Shown here: in pieces, positions 27,687-33,162 of the stretch
Layout: every line of letters starts with the position of its first letter
Numbering within the stretch: position 1 is the stretch's first letter
Notes under the pieces: model-generated
Databases searched by the model: none
What the model was told of the DNA's origin: nothing
Seen by the model: the letters and a program-made list of their open reading frames with translations, nothing else
From: Dehalococcoidales bacterium
Lineage (GTDB): Bacteria; Chloroflexota; Dehalococcoidia; Dehalococcoidales; Fen-1064
Direction: 5' to 3'
Length of the DNA stretch: 33,162 bases
Assembly (NCBI GenBank): GCA_016929875.1
Contig: JAFGHZ010000026.1
Coordinates: 1-33,162 of the forward strand
Made by a program: the position numbers and the translations under genes

Positions 27687-27737
27687 GGCGGAATCAAGAG
27701 TTGGGCGAGCGCAAACTGGGAGAAAGGAGATAAATAA
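27687..27737 (+). pseudogene. Relic second copy of the queF 3' end (GGIKSWASANWEKGDK*)
   Basis: The codons ggc gga atc aag agt tgg gcg agc gca repeat the queF tail gga ggg att aag agt tgg gca agc gcg (27011-27037). The five differences are all synonymous. A TGA immediately precedes the copy, so it is not translated as part of a gene. Confidence 0.5.
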
Positions 27738-27741
27738 AAAT

Positions 27742-28071
27742 ATGAAAGTTAAAAAGTATTCGGATGTTAAACCGACTCAGGAGTTACCCGGCGTAACCAA
27801 ACGCGAGGTTGTTAATGCAAATGACGGTGCCCCGAATTTCTGTATGAGGGTTTTCGAAATTCAACCCGGCAGTAATACACCTTCCCATTCGCATAACTGG
27901 GAGCACGAAATCTATGTTCTGTCAGGGAAGGGAGTGGTAGTCTGTCCTGAGGGAGAAACCCCTATCAGTAAAGACAGTGTCGTCTTTATTCCTGCGAACG
28001 AACACCACCGTATCATCAACAAGGGTAAAACCGTCCTGCAGTTCATTTGCCTGATACCGTTTATAAAATAG
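27742..28071 (+). CDS. Cupin_2-domain protein
   Basis: 109 aa. PSHSHNWEHEIYVLSGKG...ANEHHRIIN two-motif cupin signature. An AGGAG lies upstream. Confidence 0.8.
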   Translation: MKVKKYSDVKPTQELPGVTKREVVNANDGAPNFCMRVFEIQPGSNTPSHSHNWEHEIYVLSGKGVVVCPEGETPISKDSVVFIPANEHHRIINKGKTVLQFICLIPFIK

Positions 28072-28545
28072 ACCTCACCCCTTCCCCTCTCCGTCGACGG
28101 AGAGGGGAAAAGAAGAGGAGCGGTAATAATTCATGCCAAAAGATGCTCATACCTGGCATACCACACCAGAACTATGGGAAAAGCTCAAACCTCTAGCGCG
28201 ACAAAAGAGAAAGGAACCAACTAAAGCCGAAGAGAAACTGTGGCAATGTCTCCGTAGAAAGCAACTATCGGGCTTCAAATTCAGACGTCAACACCCTATC
28301 GAACGTTTCATCGTCGATTTTTACTGCGCCGAAGTAGGGCTGGCGGTGGAGATTGATGGGCCTATCCATCAATATAGCAAAGAAGAAGACCTTGTCAGGC
28401 AAGCTTACATTGAGAGCCAGAGTTTTCGCCTCCTGCGTTTTTCGAACGAGGACGTCCTTAACAACACGGATGGGGTATTAAACAAAATAGAGGCTGTCTT
28501 GAATTTCCCTCTCCGTAAACGGAGAGGGAAATAAAGGGTGAGGTC
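28071..28545 (+). mobile_element. DUF559 endonuclease cassette bounded by hairpin-bearing terminal inverted repeats
   Basis: Left end: GACCTCACCC ctt CCCCTCTCCGTCGACGGAGAGGGG (28071-28107). Right end: CCCTCTCCGTaaACGGAGAGGG aaataaa GGGTGAGGTC (28507-28545). The outer 10-mers are exact reverse complements. The unit fills the spacer between convergent genes. Confidence 0.55.
28133..28534 (+). CDS. DUF559 (Vsr-like / PD-(D/E)xK fold) endonuclease-domain protein
   Basis: LWQCLRRKQLSGFKFRRQHPIERFIVDFYC...LAVEIDGPIH...LLRFSNEDV is the hallmark DUF559 layout. The last 8 codons (PLRKRRGK) are encoded by the right-end hairpin. Confidence 0.8.
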   Translation: MPKDAHTWHTTPELWEKLKPLARQKRKEPTKAEEKLWQCLRRKQLSGFKFRRQHPIERFIVDFYCAEVGLAVEIDGPIHQYSKEEDLVRQAYIESQSFRLLRFSNEDVLNNTDGVLNKIEAVLNFPLRKRRGK

Positions 28546-28549
28546 GTAT

Positions 28550-29911
28550 TTATTTCCCCAATCCCCTCTCCACCGCTTCTCTGAGACTGCCGAATGCCAG
28601 GACTTCTATATCTTCAGGCACCAGCGTGATTTTACCGCCCGCTTTCGGCGTCAGGATGCGTTTGAAGCCTAAACGTGCCGCTTCCGATACACGCCGTTCC
28701 AGTTGAGGCACTGCCCGTAATTCGCCGCTCAAACCGATTTCACCCACCGCCGCCAGTTCATGGTCCACGCTGACATCACGGAAGCTGGAGACAATCGCCA
28801 GGGCAATCCCTAAATCGGCCGCCGGCTCATCGATTTTCAGCCCGCCGGTGACATTGACCATAATATCCTGGTTCCCCAGTTTCATCCCCAGCCTGCGCGT
28901 CAATACCGCCGTAACCATCAGCAACCGATTGAAATCGACGCCGTTGGCAGTACGCCGCGGCATCCCGAAGCTGGTGGCGTTGGTCAACGCCTGAATTTCT
29001 ACCAGCAAAGGACGACTCCCCTCGATTACGGGTACTACCACCGAACCGACCGTCTCCTCCTGCCTCTGCGAAAGAAACGCCAGCGACGGGTTTTCGACCT
29101 CGAGCAAGCCTTTACCTTTCATCTCGAACACGCCGATTTCATTGGTAGAACCGAAACGGTTTTTCACACAGCGGAGCAAGCGGTAAGCGCTGAACTGCTC
29201 GCCTTCCAGGTACAAAACGACATCGACGATGTGCTCCAGCACACGCGGGCCAGCAATCGCGCCCTCTTTAGTAACGTGTCCGGTAATAAATACCGGCACG
29301 CCGCTGGACTTTGCCCAGCTCATCAATCTCTGCGCCGACTGCCGCACCTGCGTAATACTGCCCGAGATGCCGTCGTCTTCCTGAGTATGGGCCGTCTGGA
29401 TGGAATCGATAATGAGCAGAGAAGGCTGTAATTCCTCCGCATGCTCCAGAACGGCATCGACATCCGTCTCGGCAAGCAGGTATAAACCGTCTCCCGCGAT
29501 GCCGAGCCGCTTCGCCCTGATTTTTATCTGGTTCGGGGTTTCCTCACCGGAAACATAGACCACTCTGCCATGCGATTTTGCCAGAAGAGCGGAGGCTTGC
29601 AACAGCAGAGTCGACTTGCCGATACCGGGCTCGCCGCCGATTAATACCAGCGAGCCGGGGACAATCCCGCCTCCCAATACACGATTGAACTCATCGATGG
29701 GGACAGGGAAGCGTTCCGTAGCTTCCAGTACTACCCGGGATAATTCCTCGGGCTGTCTGTCGCTTTTAGCCGCACGGGAACGGGACTTTGTCTCTTTGAC
29801 CGTTTGTTCAACGAAGCTGTTCCATGCCTGGCAATTGGGGCATTTCCCCACCCATCTTAGGCTTTCTTTTCCGCACTGCTGGCAGATATAAACCGTTCGG
29901 GATTTTTCCAT
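28550..29911 (-). CDS. radA: DNA repair protein RadA/Sms
   Basis: N-terminal zinc finger CQQCGKESLRWVGKCPNCQAWNSF, Walker A GGEPGIGKSTLLLQ, the KNRFGSTNEIGVF motif, and a Lon-like C-terminus. Confidence 0.95.
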   Translation of the reverse strand: MEKSRTVYICQQCGKESLRWVGKCPNCQAWNSFVEQTVKETKSRSRAAKSDRQPEELSRVVLEATERFPVPIDEFNRVLGGGIVPGSLVLIGGEPGIGKSTLLLQASALLAKSHGRVVYVSGEETPNQIKIRAKRLGIAGDGLYLLAETDVDAVLEHAEELQPSLLIIDSIQTAHTQEDDGISGSITQVRQSAQRLMSWAKSSGVPVFITGHVTKEGAIAGPRVLEHIVDVVLYLEGEQFSAYRLLRCVKNRFGSTNEIGVFEMKGKGLLEVENPSLAFLSQRQEETVGSVVVPVIEGSRPLLVEIQALTNATSFGMPRRTANGVDFNRLLMVTAVLTRRLGMKLGNQDIMVNVTGGLKIDEPAADLGIALAIVSSFRDVSVDHELAAVGEIGLSGELRAVPQLERRVSEAARLGFKRILTPKAGGKITLVPEDIEVLAFGSLREAVERGLGK

Positions 29912-30032
29912 GCAATGACTTTACTGGATTTTGGAGAATTAAGCAAGAGGTTAAGTGGTTGGTATACTTTATTTAATTGAAAGTTCAGCTATAAACCCCA
30001 AGGTACGTTACTAAACAACGACCCACTCCCAA

Positions 30033-30053
30033 CCTCGCCCTATTAGGGCGAGG
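30033..30053. repeat. Perfect 9-bp hairpin CCTCGCCCT-att-AGGGCGAGG
   Basis: It is preceded by GACCCACTCCCAA. This layout resembles the left end of the DUF559 cassette (GACCTCACCC-ctt-hairpin). Confidence 0.4.
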
Positions 30054-30061
30054 AATAATAC

Positions 30062-30089
30062 AAGAGGAAGGGCAAATGCCCTTCCTCTT
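30062..30089. repeat. Perfect 12-13-bp hairpin AAGAGGAAGGGC-aaat-GCCCTTCCTCTT
   Basis: Read directly from the sequence. It lies between the radA start and the biotinyl-domain gene end, so it could act as a bidirectional terminator or insulator. Confidence 0.4.
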
Positions 30090-30134
30090 CTGGAACTTCT
30101 ACCTGCAAACACACGGAAATGTCTAAAACCAAAT

Positions 30135-30153
30135 GGCGGGATATACTCCCGCC
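30135..30153 (-). terminator. Intrinsic terminator candidate for the biotinyl-domain gene
   Basis: GGCGGGA-tatac-TCCCGCC. On the minus strand it is followed by ATTTGGTTTT. It lies 26 nt after the stop at 30179. Confidence 0.5.
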
Positions 30154-30178
30154 CTTCGAGATGCCCTCTGAACTTTAT

Positions 30179-30400
30179 CTAAATATCAATCACGATTAAC
30201 GGCTTACCGCTTTCTACTACCTGCTTGGGGGCAATCTTGATTTCAGCGACCTTACCACTCACAGGTGATACAATGGGGTTTTCCATCTTCATTGATTCGA
30301 GGTAGAGGAGAATATCGCCTTCCTCGACTTTATCGCCGACCTTAACTTCGATACTGATAATCGTGCCCGTAATCGGGGATTCAATAATTTCCTGCGCCAA
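30179..30400 (-). CDS. Stand-alone biotinyl/lipoyl-attachment domain protein (BCCP-like, 73 aa)
   Basis: TTG start 8 nt after AGGAG. The LESMKMENPI motif matches the E(A/S)MKM biotinylation site, and SPVSGKV is also present. Confidence 0.8.
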   Translation of the reverse strand: MAQEIIESPITGTIISIEVKVGDKVEEGDILLYLESMKMENPIVSPVSGKVAEIKIAPKQVVESGKPLIVIDI

Positions 30401-30435
30401 CTCAAGCTCCTTTTATCAGCGTTCCATCAAACAGA

Positions 30436-30470
30436 AAAGGGCGTTGTCGCTGTCAGGTATTTCGCCCTTT
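30436..30470 (-). terminator. Possible terminator after clpC
   Basis: On the minus strand, AAAGGGCG-(19 nt)-CGCCCTTT is followed by TCTGTTT. It has an 8-bp stem but a large loop. Confidence 0.35.
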
Positions 30471-30497
30471 CCATATCAGGTTCTTATTTAAAAGATG

Positions 30498-32966
30498 TTA
30501 CTTTTTGTTCGTCGCCATTGCCACCGTTTTCGCCGGATGCAGGACGATTTGCCCGTCCTGGACATCGACGACGGCGGTATCGCCGGAGTGGAACTCGCCT
30601 CTCAGGATAGCTTCGGAAAGTTTATCGACGACCAGGTCCTGAATCGCACGGCGTAGCGGACGGGCACCGAATACTTCGTCATAGCCTTTTTCGCCGAGCA
30701 GGTCCTTAGCGGCTTCCGTGACTTCCATCTTCACGCCTTTTTCCGCCAGTTGTTGGTTGACTGCCGTGAGCATCAGGTCGACGATACTGCGGATGTGATC
30801 CTTATTGAGGGCGTGGAAAACCACTACCCCATCGATACGGTTGAGAAACTCGGGGCGGAAAACCTTCTTGACTTCGCCGAGTAGTTTCTCTTTCATTTTC
30901 TCATATTCTACTTCGCGGACTTTAGTTTCGTCGGTACGGGAAACAAACCCCATCGCCGAGCCTTTTCTGATTAAATCCGCTCCTATGTTACTCGTCATAA
31001 TAATGATACTGTTACGAAAATCGACACGTCGTCCTTTGGCATCGGTCAGGTGTCCGTCATCGAAAATCTGGAGCAGAATATTGAAGACGTCGATGTGCGC
31101 CTTTTCGATTTCGTCCAATAAAATACAGCAATAGGGCTTGCGCCTCACTGCCTCGGTAAGCTGTCCGCCTTCATCATAGCCGACATAGCCGGGTGGAGCT
31201 CCGACCAGACGTGAAACGGTATGCTTTTCCATAAATTCCGACATATCTAGCCGGATCATGGCATCCTCGCTACCGAACATAAATGCCGACAGGGCACGGG
31301 CAAGTTCGGTCTTACCGACACCGGTCGGACCGAGAAAGATGAAATTGCCGATGGGGTGCCTGGGGTCTTTCAAACCGGCGCGGGCCCTTCTGACCGCTTT
31401 CGAAATAGTATCGATAGCTTCATCCTGCCCGATGATGCGCTTGTGTAAGGCTTCTTCCATATGCAGTAATCGGCTGGTTTCGTCGCCAGCGAGCTGTGTC
31501 ACAGGAATACCGGTCCACATACCGACTACCGTAGCGATATCTTCGGCAACGACTTCCGGCATCTCCTGCGCCTGCTTCTCTTCTTTCTCTTTCTCCAGGA
31601 GTTTAATTTTTTCCTCTATCTGGATTTCCTGCTGGCGCTTTTCAGCCGCGAAATCGTATTGCTGTGAAGCTAAAGCGGTTTCTTTTTCTTTACGGATAAC
31701 TTCCGCCAGCCGCTTGGCTTCCTTCAAAGTAGTGGAGGAAGCGCCCCGCTGCAGCCGTACTCGTGATGAAGCCTCATCGACCAGGTCGATGGCTTTGTCC
31801 GGCAGAAAACGGTCGGGGATATAGCGCGCGGCGAAGCTGGCGGCACTCTGTAAAGCTTCGTCGCTTATCTTCAATTTATGGTGCTCTTCGTAACGAGGCC
31901 TGATACCTTTCAAAATCTCCAGTGTTTGCTCGACCGTAGGTTCTTCCACGATAATGGGCTGGAAACGACGTACCAGCGCGGGGTCGCGTTCGACATGTTT
32001 GCGATAATCATCGAGCGTGGTAGCGCCGATGATTTGTACCTGACCGCGGGACAATGCCGGCTTCAGGATACCGGCGGCATCGACGGCGCCTTCGGCAGCA
32101 CCGGCCCCGACAATCGTATGAAATTCATCGACAAAGAGAATACAATTGCCGGCAGCTTTTATTTCATCGATAATTTTCTTGAAACGCTCTTCGAACTCAC
32201 CGCGATACTTCGTGCCGGCGATTACGCCTGCCATATCCAGTGTTACCAGACGCTTGTCTTCGAGTGTATCGGGGACATCGCCGCTGGCAATACACTGTGC
32301 CAGCTTCTCGACGATGGCGGTCTTACCCACGCCGGGCTCTCCGAGCAACGCCGGATTATTTTTAGTACGGCGGCTGAGAATCTGGACGACGCGCTGGATT
32401 TCCTTATCACGGTCGATGACCGGGTCCAGCTTGTTAGCCCGCGCCATAGCAGTTAAATCCGTACCGAACTGGTCGAGGGTCGGGGTTTTGCTCGGTGAAC
32501 GGGTCGGACGCGCCTTAGCGACATTCTGGCTGAGGAGCTTGACCGTCTCGTTACGGACCTGGTCCAGGGTGATACCGAAACTATCGAGCACCCCTGCCGC
32601 CACACCGCCACCCTCATGTAACAATCCGAGCAAAAGGTGCTCGGTGCCGATATAATTATGCCCGAGATGACGGGCTTCATCGATTGCTAATTCAATGACA
32701 CGCTTGGCTCTGGGGGTCAGGCCGATTTCACCCACGCTGGGTTTGTCACCGCGCCCGATGATAAATTCCACACCGGAACGTACCTTACCGAGATTAACAC
32801 CCAGGCTGGTGAGAACCTTAGCGGCAACACCATCCTCTTCCCTCAACAGACCGAGGAGGATATGCTCCGTCCCGATATAACTGTGATTGAGGTGCTGTGC
32901 CTCTTCTTGAGCTAGAGTAAGCACTCTTCGGGCTCGTTCTGAAAACTTTTCAAATCGGCTCGCCAT
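30498..32966 (-). CDS. clpC: ATP-dependent Clp protease ATP-binding subunit ClpC
   Basis: 822 aa. Duplicated Clp_N repeats (YIGTEHILLGLL and YIGTEHLLLGLL), two AAA+ modules (GEPGVGKT and GPTGVGKT), and a coiled-coil linker. Confidence 0.95.
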   Translation of the reverse strand: MASRFEKFSERARRVLTLAQEEAQHLNHSYIGTEHILLGLLREEDGVAAKVLTSLGVNLGKVRSGVEFIIGRGDKPSVGEIGLTPRAKRVIELAIDEARHLGHNYIGTEHLLLGLLHEGGGVAAGVLDSFGITLDQVRNETVKLLSQNVAKARPTRSPSKTPTLDQFGTDLTAMARANKLDPVIDRDKEIQRVVQILSRRTKNNPALLGEPGVGKTAIVEKLAQCIASGDVPDTLEDKRLVTLDMAGVIAGTKYRGEFEERFKKIIDEIKAAGNCILFVDEFHTIVGAGAAEGAVDAAGILKPALSRGQVQIIGATTLDDYRKHVERDPALVRRFQPIIVEEPTVEQTLEILKGIRPRYEEHHKLKISDEALQSAASFAARYIPDRFLPDKAIDLVDEASSRVRLQRGASSTTLKEAKRLAEVIRKEKETALASQQYDFAAEKRQQEIQIEEKIKLLEKEKEEKQAQEMPEVVAEDIATVVGMWTGIPVTQLAGDETSRLLHMEEALHKRIIGQDEAIDTISKAVRRARAGLKDPRHPIGNFIFLGPTGVGKTELARALSAFMFGSEDAMIRLDMSEFMEKHTVSRLVGAPPGYVGYDEGGQLTEAVRRKPYCCILLDEIEKAHIDVFNILLQIFDDGHLTDAKGRRVDFRNSIIIMTSNIGADLIRKGSAMGFVSRTDETKVREVEYEKMKEKLLGEVKKVFRPEFLNRIDGVVVFHALNKDHIRSIVDLMLTAVNQQLAEKGVKMEVTEAAKDLLGEKGYDEVFGARPLRRAIQDLVVDKLSEAILRGEFHSGDTAVVDVQDGQIVLHPAKTVAMATNKK

Positions 32967-33035
32967 TTCTTCCTCTCAAGGGTCGTCCCCGCTCAATAAA
33001 CACGGTCGCAAAGGCAAGGATAGGGGAACGTATAA

Positions 33036-33160
33036 GCTTCCTGGCAGTGGCATATTTTCCACAAGAGGTTGCCCCCTCAGTATCGTCTGCGCTGAAGCGT
33101 TTCACTGCCGTGTTCGGGATGGGAACGGGTGGTACCACTTCGCCCAAACCACCAGGAAGC
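33036..33160 (-). rRNA. rrf: 5S ribosomal RNA
   Basis: The reverse complement reads GCTTCCTGGTGG...CACCCGTTCCCATCCCGAACACGGCAGTGAAACG...CCACTGCCAGGAAGC. It contains the universal CCGAAC loop and a closing helix I. The ends are accurate to about 5 nt. Confidence 0.9.
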
Positions 33161-33162
33161 CT

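Overview
This is a dense 33.2-kb bacterial chromosomal window of mostly housekeeping genes. Spot counts give about 50-53% G+C in typical genes. I support about 38 protein genes and one 5S rRNA at the right edge. I saw no tRNA, CRISPR array, transposase, integrase or recognisable defence gene.

Gene content, left to right:
- A 5'-truncated MetE-like gene and a tiny basic ORF.
- A tightly spaced + strand array: APH-like kinase, AAA_33 P-loop kinase, PHP phosphoesterase, ahcY, metK, phosphohexomutase.
- A pseudouridine synthase, a cupin, and mscL.
- An OmpR-type response regulator with its sensor kinase.
- A beta-oxidation-like operon: SDR, two acyl-CoA dehydrogenases, 3-hydroxyacyl-CoA dehydrogenase.
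- Trm112, queD, folK, gatB, secG.
- A MenA-like prenyltransferase, ubiE/menG, a HAD hydrolase, ispD, ispF, cysS.
- A HemN-like radical SAM gene, queF, a low-GC membrane-anchored ORF, and a cupin.
- A DUF559 gene, radA, a stand-alone biotinyl-domain protein, clpC, and 5S rRNA.

Gene content and repeat types suggest a Chloroflexota/Dehalococcoidia-like organism. That is a low-confidence inference.

No multi-gene novel system is evident. The unexplained signal is small-scale genome plasticity:
1. A 475-bp DUF559 endonuclease cassette, bounded by hairpin-bearing terminal inverted repeats, fills the whole cupin-radA spacer.
2. The queF tail is duplicated. The peptide GGIKSWASA is encoded twice, and the two copies differ only at synonymous sites. 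The copies bracket a 676-bp low-GC insertion that carries one ORF.
3. Low-GC in-frame tracts occur in gatB (the whole C-terminal domain) and in cysS (about 100 extra codons).
4. A REP-like hairpin family has four copies in the window.
5. A leader with several stem-loops and mutually exclusive pairings lies upstream of the radical SAM gene.

All homology calls are motif recognition by eye. No database search or computation was run.
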